From: Fistulifera solaris
Taxonomy: Eukaryota
DNA: 64,000 bases
Direction: 5' to 3'
NCBI GenBank assembly: GCA_030295235.1
Contig: AP026123.1
Span: forward strand, 1,984,001 to 2,048,000
Part shown: positions 21,801-33,800 of the stretch, piece after piece
Position numbering within the stretch: the stretch's first letter is position 1
Layout of the letters: the number at the start of each line of letters is the position of its first letter
The notes under the pieces: model-generated
Told to the model about the DNA's origin: nothing
Database searches by the model: none
What the model saw: only the letters and a program-made list of their open reading frames with translations
Program-made: the position numbers and the translations under genes

Positions 21801-24800
21801 GCGCGCCCGTGGCCAGTCCCAGCGCTTCGCCTTCTGGTTCCCCCTCGGCATCACCAACGGACTCCGACATTCCCGATGTCATAACGATGCCACCGGTACC
21901 TGTGCCATCAAATGCTCCTACTGACCAGCCTTCGGCGTCTCCCTCCGGCAAGCCTACCACAATCCCTAGTCAAAATCCCAGTGGGATTCCATCCGTGTCT
22001 CCAACTGCCAGTCCAACTGGCGGACCTACTGAAGCCCAACCGGTGTTCCCACCGGTATCCCTTCGGCTACTCCGTCGGGAAATCCCTCTGATTCCCCAAG
22101 CGCAGTGCCGACATCCCTGCCATCGGGCAGCCCCAGCAAAGGACCAACTGCCGAACCAAGCTCATCTCCTTCAGTCAGCCCGACTGCTTCCCCGTCAAGC
22201 ACACCAACAGGCCAGCCGTCTGTGAAAGCAAGTGAGAATCCATCGTCAGGTCCCACTTTGTCGCCAACAGGATCTCCAAGTGGCAACCCGACAAGCGTGC
22301 CTTCAGGAAAACCTTCCATTAGCGGCTCTATGACTCCTTCGGTCGAACATAGTCTCACTCCGACGGTAGAAGAAAGTGCTAACCCAACTGTTGTAGCGTC
22401 AGAGTCTCCCAGCGGAAAACCGACAAGCGGCCCGACAGCCAGTCCAAGCGGCAGTCCTTCTTCAATGCCTACGTCTGGTCCTTCCTCGAAGCCTAGCGGA
22501 GCACCCAGCGATTCGCCAAGTGCCGTTCCCACCAGTCTGCCTTCAGCTGACCCTTCCGTTTCGCCCTCGAAAACACCGACCGGTTCCCCCAGTGCCGTTC
22601 CAAGTCATACACCATCTGGTCTACCGTCCCTTGTTCCAAGCCAAGAACCTTCATTAGGGCCTTCAGGACAACCCTCTAGTACCCCTAGCATGTTGCCTAC
22701 TGGAACACCAAGTGCTCTGCCAAGTATGATGCCAACTCCATCCCCTACCGGACGGCCTAGCGGTGTACCCAGCAGCGAGCCGACATCACCGCCCAGTTTG
22801 ACACCAAGTCAGGTACCCAGTGTGGCTCCTTCTGCCGGTCCAAGCTTCGAGCCTACCAATTCACCTTCTGGTACCCCAACTGGAAGTCCAAGCGGCGAAC
22901 CGTCTTCAGGTCCAACTTCCCCACCTACTGCTGAGCCAAGTTCTAACCCAAGTTCGGTCCCTAGTATCACTCCGTCGGCGGTGCCGTCATCGGTTCCTAC
23001 CGTCACACCCAGTTCAGGACCAAGCTCGGTTCCTAGCTCTACGCCTACGACGACTCCAAGTGGAGAGCCCAGCAGTTCTCCAACGGGCACTCCCAGCGTT
23101 ATCCCGTCTGCCGGACCAACAGCAAGTCCGTCGGTGCAGCCTTCTGGATCCCCTAGCGAGACTCCTACATTCAGGCCTACTGCTGAAGGCGAGAAGTCTC
23201 CAAGTGAAGTTCCAAGTTCGTCCCCGACCGAAAGTCCGGCTCCTAGTGGAACCCCGACTGTTTCTCCCAGTGGATCCCCGTCTGGTGTACCGACTGGTTC
23301 ACCAACCTCGGGCCCATCTGGCACGCCTAGCGTCGTTCCGAGCTCGACGCCTTCTTCTTCGCCAAGTTCGCTTCCAACTGTGGAACCCAGCAGCGAACCG
23401 AGTGTCACGCCGAGTATTGTCCCGTCTTCTACACCCAGTATTGTGCCATCCGGATCGCCAAGTGCTGTTCCGAGCACCACACCGAGCGTAACTCCGTCAG
23501 CTGTACCAACTTCAGTTCCAAGTGGCACGCCGTCGGGAACTCCGAGCTCTACACCGAGCAGCACTCCAAGTGCCGTGCCGTCTTCTACTCCCAGCGGAGT
23601 TCCCAGCACCACACCGAGTGTGACTCCCAGCTCCTCACCAAGTGACTCACCGTCATCAGTTCCCTCTGCTAGCCCAAGTTCGGATCCGAGCGTTGCGCCT
23701 AGCGGAACACCGACCACGTCCCCAAGTTCGAAGCCCAGTTCGGTGCCGACGTCAGTTCCGAGCGGAACCCCCAGTTCGTCGCCCAGCGCTATCCCTTCAT
23801 CGGTTCCAACGACGACTCCAAGCGGAACCCCGACTTCGACACCCTCGACCACGCCCAGTATCATTCCGTCGGCGGTGCCATCATCGGTTCCTACCGTCAC
23901 ACCCAGTTCTGGACCAAGCTCGGTTCCTAGCTCTACGCCTACGACGACTCCAAGTGGAGAGCCCAGCAGTTCTCCAACGGGCACTCCCAGCGTTATCCCG
24001 TCTGCCGGACCAACAGCAAGTCCGTCGGTGCAGCCTTCTGGATCCCCTAGCGAGACTCCTACATTCAAGCCTACTGCTGAAGGCGAGAAGTCTCCAAGTG
24101 AAGTTCCAAGTTCGTCCCCGACCGAAAGTCCGGCTCCTAGTGGAACCCCGACTGTTTCTCCCAGTGGATCCCCGTCTGGTGTACCGACTGGTTCACCAAC
24201 CTCGGGCCCATCTGGCACGCCTAGCGTCGTTCCGAGCTCGACGCCTTCTTCTTCGCCAAGTTCGCTTCCAACTGTGGAACCCAGCAGCAAACCGAGTGTC
24301 ACGCCGAGTGCTGTCCCGTCTTCTACACCCAGTACTTTGCCATCCGGATCGCCAAGTGCTGTTCCGAGCACCACACCGAGCGTAACTCCGTCAGCTGTAC
24401 CAACTTCAGTTCCAAGTGGCACGCCGTCGGGAACTCCGAGCTCTACACCGAGCAGCACTCCAAGTGCCGTGCCGTCTTCTACTCCCAGCGGAGTTCCCAG
24501 CACCACACCGAGTGTGACTCCCAGCTCCTCGCCAAGTGTGACTCCCAGCTCCTCACCAAGTGACTCACCGTCATCAGTTCCCTCTGCTAGCCCAAGTTCG
24601 GATCCGAGCGTTGCGCCTAGCGGAACACCGACCACGTCCCCAAGTTCGAAGCCCAGTTCGGTGCCGACGTCAGTTCCGAGCGGAACCCCCAGTTCGTCGC
24701 CCAGCGCTATCCCTTCATCGGTTCCAACGACGACTCCAAGCGGAACCCCGACTTCGACACCCTCGACCACGCCCAGTATCATTCCGTCGGCGGTGCCATC

Positions 24801-27800
24801 ATCGGTTCCTACCGTCACACCCAGTTCTGGACCAAGCTCGGTTCCTAGCTCTACGCCTACGACGACTCCAAGTGGAGAGCCCAGCAGTTCTCCAACGGGC
24901 ACTCCCAGCGTTATCCCGTCTGCCGGACCAACAGCAAGTCCGTCGGTGCAGCCTTCTGGCTCCCCTAGCGAGAACCCCACGGCATCCCCCCACTGCTGAA
25001 GGCGAGAAGTCTCCAAGTGAAGTTCCAAGTTCGTCTCCGACCGAAAGTCCGGCTCCTAGTGGAACCCCGACTGCTTCTCCCAGTGGATCCCCGTCTGGTG
25101 TACCGACTGGTTCCCCGTCGTTGGTTCCTTCTGGCTCGCCGAGTATCAATCCCAGTTCGTCGCCTTCCGCGTCGCCCAGCTCTATTCCTAGTACTGGACC
25201 GAGCAGTGCACCGAGCGTCACACCTAGTGCTGTCCCGTCTTCTACACCCAGTATTGTGCCATCCGGATCGCCAAGTGCTGTTCCGAGCACCACACCGAGC
25301 GTAACTCCGTCAGCTGTACCAACTTCAGTTCCAAGTGGCACGCCGTCGGGAACTCCGAGCTCTACACCGAGCAGCACTCCAAGTGCCGTGCCGTCTTCAA
25401 CTCCCAGCGGAGTTCCCAGCTCCTCGCCAAGTGTGACTCCCAGCTCCTCGCCAAGTGACTCACCGTCATCAGTTCCCTCTGCTAGCCCAAGTTCGGATCC
25501 GAGCGTTGCGCCTAGCGGAACACCGACCACGTCCCCAAGTTCGAAGCCCAGTTCGGTGCCGACGTCAGTTCCGAGCGGAACCCCCAGTTCGTCGCCCAGC
25601 GCTATCCCTTCATCGGTTCCAACGACGACTCCAAGCGGAACCCCGACTTCGACACCATCGACCACGCCCAGTATCATTCCGTCGGCGGTGCCATCATCGG
25701 TTCCTACCGTCACACCCAGTTCTGGACCAAGCTCGGTTCCTAGCTCTACGCCTACGACGACTCCAAGTGGAGAGCCCAGCAGCTCTCCAACGGGCACTCC
25801 CAGCGTTATCCCGTCTGCCGGACCAACAGCAAGTCCGTCGGTGCAGCCTACTGGCTCACCCTCGGTGAGTCCAAGCTCAGTTCCGTCTTCCCTGCCTACA
25901 TTCCTCTCGGAAAGCATTTGCGTGCAAGAAGCCAGACTTGACAGTAACGTCACCGCGCCGAATGGAAGTGGCATGTATACCGAAAATCCGATCAGTCTTG
26001 TCTCGCAACGCGGCTCGACTGTTTCGTTTGTTGTGAATCAGAACTGGGGTACAGATTCGATTCATCAAATCACAGTCATGTATAAATCCGCACATGATGG
26101 AATGACTTGCTCGGAAAATTGGGGAGTCTCTTCCGAGACTTCGGAGTACACAGCACGCTGTGTTGATGGAGTTACTGAAGTCGCCGTTTTTGTTAGCGAC
26201 AATTCTTTCTCAGGAATTCCTGACATTTCTACTCAGCTTCCTGAGATATGCAATGTGCATTCTCCCGTGGGCTTCCAGGTATCAATGTTCGTCTTTACTC
26301 TCCCGTGCGACACGTCATTGGAAGACTTCTGTGTAGTGCTGTGCCCTGACAGCGAAATGCCCAGTGTTCAGCCGAGTTCCATTCCTTCTGCGTCTCCCAC
26401 TGCTCAAGGCGAAAAGGCTCCCAGCGAGGTCCCAAGCACAACGCCTACTGAGAGCCCTGCTCCAAGTGGTTCGCCGACTGTTGCTCCCAGTGGGTCCCCG
26501 TCTGGTGTGCCCACTGTTTCCCCGTCTTCTGGACCGTCTGGTGTGCCAAGTGTTACCCCCACTTCGAGCCCCTCTGGTCTACCCAGTTCAATTCCTACTG
26601 CTGGACCCAGCGGTGCACCCAGTGTCACACCTAGTGCTATCCCGTCTTCTACACCCAGTATTGTGCCGTCTGGAGCTCCCAGCTCGTCACCAAGCTCTGT
26701 CCCTAGCTCCACCCCCAGCGCTGTACCATCAGCCGTCCCAAGCTCAGGTCCCAGTTCATCTCCAAGTGCTAGTCCGTCGGTCTCGCCTTCCACAGGCCCT
26801 TCAGCGACACCCACCGTTTCTCCTAGTGGATCACCTTCGTCGTCTCCCAGTGTTTCGCCAAGTGGAATCCCCTCCTCTAGCCCAAGCGGGGTACCGAGTG
26901 GATCTCCAAGCTCGGAGCCCAGTTCTTCGCCGTCTTCGGTACCCAGCGCTGGTCCTTCCAGCTCACCAAGTGGGTCGCCGAGTTCCAGCCCAAGTTCTGT
27001 TCCAAGCTCAATCCCCTCTGGTGTCCCAAGTGGAGTTCCGAGTTCGACGCCTAGCACGATGCCAAGCTCAAATCCAAGTGGATCCCCAAGCTCTACACCG
27101 TCTGGTATTCCCAGCTCGACTCCAAGCAGTAGTCCAAGTGTCACTCCATCAGCGGTGCCATCACCAGTTCCTACCGTCACACCCAGTTCAGGACCAAGCT
27201 CGGTTCCTAGCTCTACGCCTACGACGACTCCAAGTGGAGAGCCCAGCAGTTCTCCAACGGGCACTCCCAGCGTTATCCCGTCTGCCGGACCAACAGCAAG
27301 TCCGTCGGTGCAGCCTTCTGGCTCCCCTAGCGAGAACCCCACGGCATCCCCCCACTGCTGAAGGCGAGAAGTCTCCAAGTGAAGTTCCAAGTTCGTCTCC
27401 GACCGAAAGTCCGGCTCCTAGTGGAACCCCGACTGCTTCTCCCAGTGGATCCCCGTCTGGTGTACCGACTGGTTCCCCGTCGTTGGTTCCTTCTGGCTCG
27501 CCGAGTATCAATCCCAGTTCGTCGCCTTCCGCGTCGCCCAGCTCTATTCCTAGTACTGGACCGAGCAGTGCACCGAGCGTCACACCTAGTGCTGTCCCGT
27601 CTTCTACACCCAGTATTGTGCCATCCGGATCGCCAAGTGCTGTTCCGAGCACCACACCGAGCGTAACTCCGTCCGCTGTACCAACAGCCGTACCGAGCTC
27701 GAGACCCAGCGCATCTCCAAGTGCTTCTCCGTCGGCATCGCCCTCTACAACGCCTTCGTCGTCTCCCAGTGTTTCGCCAAGTGGAATCCCCTCCTCTAGC

Positions 27801-30800
27801 CCAAGCGGGGTCCCGAGTGGATCTCCAAGCTCGGAGCCCAGTTCTTCGCCGTCTTCGGTACCCAGCGCTGGTCCTTCCAGCTCACCAAGTGGGTCGCCGA
27901 GTTCCAGCCCAAGTTCTGTTCCAAGCTCAATCCCCTCTGGTGTCCCAAGTGGAGTTCCGAGTTCGACGCCTAGCACGATGCCAAGCTCAAATCCAAGTGG
28001 ATCCCCAAGCTCTACACCGTCTGGTATTCCCAGCTCGACTCCAAGCTCAAGTCCAAGCGGTGAACCCAGTTCTGCTCCGAGCGAACAACCCAGCATCACT
28101 CCTAGTGAATTTCCAAGCGCGTACCCAAGCGAGGTTCCTAGTGTTGAGCCCTCGGGCGCCCCGTCGATCAAGATTTGCGAGGAGTATGAGCGAATAACTT
28201 TCAACGAGGATGGTTACGGTAATCCAGTTAGCGCAGGATCATTCGTCTCGCTTCAATGGAAAAATCACGGATTCAGACTCTACGCCAAAGAATTATCTGA
28301 AGGTACAGGCGGATACATGGAAAATGGCTGGCCTCGGCTATTCGACACGCTCCAGCCTGGTAACGCTGTTGCTGGTACTCCCGGACTTGCTGGTGATTTT
28401 GGCAATGTCTTGATTGTGCAACATCAGAACCCTAAAGGTCCTAAAAACTGGCAGGCAAATGAAAATGGAGGAGTGATTGTCTTCGACTTCGCTTTGGCCC
28501 CTCGAGGAGAGATTGAGGATATTGGATTGCACAACGTCGTCAAGGATGTCAAGATTCGCGTCACGGACGCAAAGGGTTTGACCACCGATTTCATTGTTGC
28601 TGCTCAAGGAGAGAACAAATCAGTTACCCAGAGACTCAATGCATTTGATGTAAGCAAAATCGAAGTTTTCATGGAGGGACCGAGTGCGGTTACAGCCCTT
28701 GGAATATGCTATGACCTCGATGGAGCTCCGAGCACCAAGGTCCCCGAAAATTTATGGCCCACTGAACAGCCTAGTGTCCAACCGAGTCAGAGCCCCGCTC
28801 CAAGCTCTCAACCCTCTAGAAGTTCTCAGCCGAGTGCCTTTCCATCTGCTAGTCCCACTGCGGAAGGCGAGAAGTCTCCGAGTGAAGTTCCCAGTTCTTC
28901 CCCGACGGAGAGTCCGGCACCAAGCAGTTCTCCAAGCACTACACCCAGTACTAAACCAAGCACGTCTCCGAGTGTATCCCCGAGTGGATCTCCGAGCTCT
29001 GTCCCGAGTCAACACCCTAGTTCGGATCCCAGTTCTGCTCCGAGTGTAACGCCCAGTACTGCTCCTTCTTCAGTCCCATCTGTAGCACCGAGTGGAGAAC
29101 CAAGCTCTAGCCCGAGTTCTGTTCCCAGCTCCAGTCCCAGCTCAACACCAAGTTCTGCCCCTAGCTCCTTGCCAAGTTCCACACCAAGCTCAAGTCCAAG
29201 CGGAACCCCGAGCTCTTCACCCAGCTCTGCTCCGTCTTCGAGTCCCAGCTCTACGCCGAGCTCAGTGCCTAGCTCTGCTCCGAGCAGTTCACCGAGCGCA
29301 ACACCGAGCTCTTCGCCGAGTTCCAGCCCAAGTTCGGCACCCAGCTCCAGCCCGAGTTCCAGTCCTAGTTCGGCTCCAAGCTCTGAGCCAAGTGCGAGTC
29401 CGAGTGTAACTCCTTCTTCGGCACCGAGTGTTCAACCGTCTTCTGCTCCCAGCGTTGAGCCGAGCAGCACGCCGAGTGTGACCCCAAGCTCAACACCAAG
29501 CAGTGTTCCGAGCGTGACACCAAGCGCTTCGCCATCTTCGACTCCTTCGTCGACTCCAAGTGTAAGCCCGTCGACTGAACCTAGTGCTTCTCCTTCGACT
29601 ACTCCAAGTGGAAGTCCAAGCATTGCGCCGTCGGCTACACCGAGTCAAGAACCGAGCTCGTCGCCAAGTGCTACACCATCGGTTGCTCCTAGCGCGGGTC
29701 CGTCGTCGAGTCCCAGTGTCAGTCCATCTGCTGCTCCAAGCGTGTCTCCTAGTGCCGGACCCACTCCGGAAGGCGAGAAGGCTCCGAGTGAAGTTCCCAG
29801 TTCTTCTCCCACGGATAGTCCTGCACCGAGTGGAGCGCCCAGCTCGAAACCCAGTGGCAGTCCAAGCTCTACACCAAGCGTCAGCCCCAGCGTTGAGCCA
29901 AGTTCAACTCCAAGCGTTTCGCCAAGCAGCAAACCCAGTTCTACTCCTAGTTCAAACCCCAGCGAGGTGCCAAGTACCAACCCAAGCGTAAGCCCAAGCA
30001 GCAGTCCAAGTTCTTCGCCGAGTTCCGTCCCTAGTAATGAGCCAAGCTCCAGTCCGAGTTCGTCACCAAGCTCCACACCAAGTGTCGTACCGAGCTCCTC
30101 CCCGAGTTCAACACCGAGTACAAGCCCTAGTGCGGTCCCCAGTACCTCACCGAGTTCCACACCGAGCTCAAGTCCAAGCGTGGCTCCAAGCTCTTCACCC
30201 AGCTCTGCTCCGTCTTCGAGTCCCAGCTCTACGCCGAGCTCAATGCCTAGCTCTGCTCCAAGCAGTTCACCGAGCGCAGCACCGAGCTCTTCGCCGAGTT
30301 CCAGCCCAAGTTCGGCACCCAGCTCCGGCCCGAGTTCCAGTCCTAGTTCGGCTCCAAGCTCTGAGCCAAGTGCGAGTCCGAGTGTAACTCCTTCTTCGGC
30401 ACCGAGTGTTCAGCCGTCTTCTGCTCCCAGCGTTGAGCCGAGCAGCACGCCGAGTGTGACCCCAAGCTCAACACCAAGCAGTGTTCCGAGCGTGACACCA
30501 AGCGCTTCGCCATCTTCGACTCCTTCGTCGACTCCAAGTGTAAGCCCGTCGACTGAACCTAGTGCTTCTCCTTCGACTACTCCAAGTGGAAGTCCAAGCA
30601 TTGCGCCGTCGGCTACACCGAGTCAAGCACCGAGCTCGTCGCCAAGTGCTACACCATCGGTTGCTCCTAGCGCGGGTCCGTCGTCGAGTCCCAGTATCAG
30701 TCCATCTGCTGCGCCAAGCGTGTCTCCCAGTGCTGTTCCAACACCTGAAGGCGAGAAGGCTCCGAGTGAAGTTCCCAGTTCTTCTCCCACGGATAGTCCT

Positions 30801-33800
30801 GCACCGAGTGGAGCGCCCAGCTCGAAACCCAGTGGCAGTCCAAGCTCTACACCAAGCGTCAGCCCCAGCGTTGAGCCAAGTTCAACTCCAAGCGTTTCGC
30901 CAAGCAGCAAACCCAGTTCTACTCCTAGTTCAAACCCCAGCGAGGTGCCAAGTACCAACCCAAGCGTAAGCCCAAGCAGCAGTCCAAGTTCTTCGCCGAG
31001 TTCCGTCCCTAGTAATGAGCCAAGCTCCAGTCCGAGTTCGTCACCAAGCTCCACACCAAGTGTCGTACCGAGCTCCTCCCCGAGTTCAACACCGAGTACA
31101 AGCCCTAGTGCGGTCCCCAGTACCTCACCGAGTTCCACACCGAGCTCAAGTCCAAGCGTGGCTCCAAGCTCTTCACCCAGCTCTGCTCCGTCTTCGAGTC
31201 CCAGCTCTACGCCGAGCTCAATGCCTAGCTCTGCTCCAAGCAGTTCACCGAGCGCAGCACCGAGCTCTTCGCCGAGTTCCAGCCCAAGTTCGGCACCCAG
31301 CTCCGGCCCGAGTTCCAGTCCTAGTTCGGCTCCAAGCTCTGAGCCAAGTGCAAGTCCGAGTGTAACTCCTTCTTCGGCACCGAGTGTTCAGCCGTCTTCT
31401 GCTCCCAGCGTTGAGCCGAGCAGCACGCCGAGTGTGACCCCAAGCTCAACACCAAGCAGTGTTCCGAGCGTGACACCAAGCGCTTCGCCATCTTCGACTC
31501 CTTCGTCGACTCCAAGTGTAAGCCCGTCGACTGAACCCAGTGCTTCTCCTTCGACTACTCCAAGTGGAAGTCCAAGCATTGCGCCGTCGGCTACACCGAG
31601 TCAAGAACCGAGCTCGTCGCCAAGTGCTACACCATCGGTTGCTCCTAGCGCGGGTCCGTCGTCGAGTCCCAGTGTCAGTCCATCTGCTGCGCCAAGCGTG
31701 TCTCCCAGTGCTGTTCCAACACCTGAAGGCGAGAAGGCTCCGAGTGAAGTTCCCAGTTCTTCTCCCACGGATAGTCCTGCACCGAGTGGAGCGCCCAGCT
31801 CGAAACCCAGTGGCAGTCCAAGCTCTACACCAAGCGTCAGCCCCAGCGTTGAGCCAAGTTCAACTCCAAGCGTTTCGCCAAGCAGCAAACCCAGCTCGAA
31901 TCCTAGCGAAGAGCCAAGCTCCGAGCCAAGTTCTGCTCCGAGTGTAACACCCAGTACTGCTCCTTCTTCGGTCCCATCTGTGGCACCGAGTGGAGAACCA
32001 AGCTCTAGCCCGAGTTCTGCTCCTAGCTCCAGTCCAAGTGAAACACCAAGTTCTTCTCCTAGTTCCACGCCCAGCTCTTCGCCCAGCTCAAGTCCAAGCG
32101 TGGCTCCAAGCTCTTCACCCAGCTCTGCTCCGTCTTCGAGTCCCAGCTCTACGCCGAGCTCAATGCCTAGCTCTGCTCCAAGCAGTTCACCGAGCGCAGC
32201 ACCGAGCTCTTCGCCGAGTTCCAGCCCAAGTTCGGCACCCAGCTCCGGCCCGAGTTCCAGTCCTAGTTCGGCTCCAAGCTCTGAGCCAAGTGCGAGTCCG
32301 AGTGTAACTCCTTCTTCGGCACCGAGTGTTCAACCGTCTTCTGCTCCCAGCGTTGAGCCGAGCAGCACGCCGAGTGTGACCCCAAGCTCAACACCAAGCA
32401 GTGTTCCGAGCGTGACACCAAGCGCTTCGCCATCTTCGACTCCTTCGTCGACTCCAAGTGTAAGCCCGTCGACTGAACCTAGTGCTTCTCCTTCGACTAC
32501 TCCAAGTGGAAGTCCAAGCATTGCGCCGTCGGCTACACCGAGTCAAGCACCGAGCTCGTCGCCAAGTGCTACACCATCGGTTGCTCCTAGCGCGGGTCCG
32601 TCGTCGAGTCCCAGTATCAGTCCATCTGCTGCGCCAAGCGTGTCTCCCAGTGCTGTTCCAACACCTGAAGGCGAGAAGGCTCCGAGTGAAGTTCCCAGTT
32701 CTTCTCCCACGGATAGTCCTGCACCGAGTGGAGCTCCAAGCGAAGCACCAAGCAGTGCCCCTAGCGAGTCCCCTAGTGTAGCTCCAAGTGAATCACCTAG
32801 TGAAATGCCGAGCTCAATGCCAAGTGAAGTTCCAAGCAGTTCGCCAAGTGAATCACCGAGTGTTTCGCCGAGTATTGCCCCGAGCACGGAGCCTAGTTAT
32901 GTTCCAAGCACTGAGCCAAGTGCAAAACCAAGTTCAGCTCCATCCTTGACCCCAAGTTCTTCACCTAGCTCATATCCTAGTGCGACACCAAGCTCTTCGC
33001 CGAGCTCATCACCGAGCTCTTCTCCTAGTTCAGAGCCCAGCTCTGCTCCGTCTTCTAGCCCAAGTTCTTCCCCTTCTTCGAGCCCCAGCTCGGCTCCTAG
33101 TGCGGGACCAAGTTCTACTCCAAGCTCTTCTCCGAGCGTGGCTCCGAGCTCTTCTCCGAGTTCCAGTCCAAGTTCGGCACCCAGCTCCTCACCGAGTTCC
33201 AGTCCAAGTTCGGCCCCGAGCTCTGAACCGAGTTCCAGTCCTAGCACGTCTCCTTCGTCGGCTCCTAGTGTTGAGCCATCTTCTGCACCCAGTGTTGAGC
33301 CAAGCAGCGCACCGAGTGTGACACCTAGTTCGATGCCAAGCGGTGCGCCCAGCGTGACACCAAGCGCTTCTCCTTCTTCGACTCCTTCGTCGAGTCCCAG
33401 TTCCTCGCCGTCGTCTGAACCCAGTTCTTCTCCTTCGTCTACTCCAAGTGGAAGTCCAAGCATTGCGCCGTCGGCTACACCGAGTCAGGAACCGAGCTCT
33501 TCGCCGAGTGCTACACCATCTGTGTCTCCCAGTTCCAAACCGTCGTCGAGTCCCAGTGTCAGTCCGTCTGCTGCTCCAAGCGTGTCTCCTAGTGCCGGAC
33601 CCACTCCGGAAGGCGAGAAGGCTCCGAGTGAAGTTCCCAGTTCTTCTCCCACGGATAGTCCTGCACCGAGTGGAGCTCCAAGCTCTTCCCCAAGTGTTGG
33701 ACCGAGCGCGTCTCCTAGCTCTGTACCCAGTCTAATGCCGAGCGCCTCACCAAGCGCCACTCCAAGCGGATCTCCCAGCTCGACTCCGAGCGAAGAGCCA

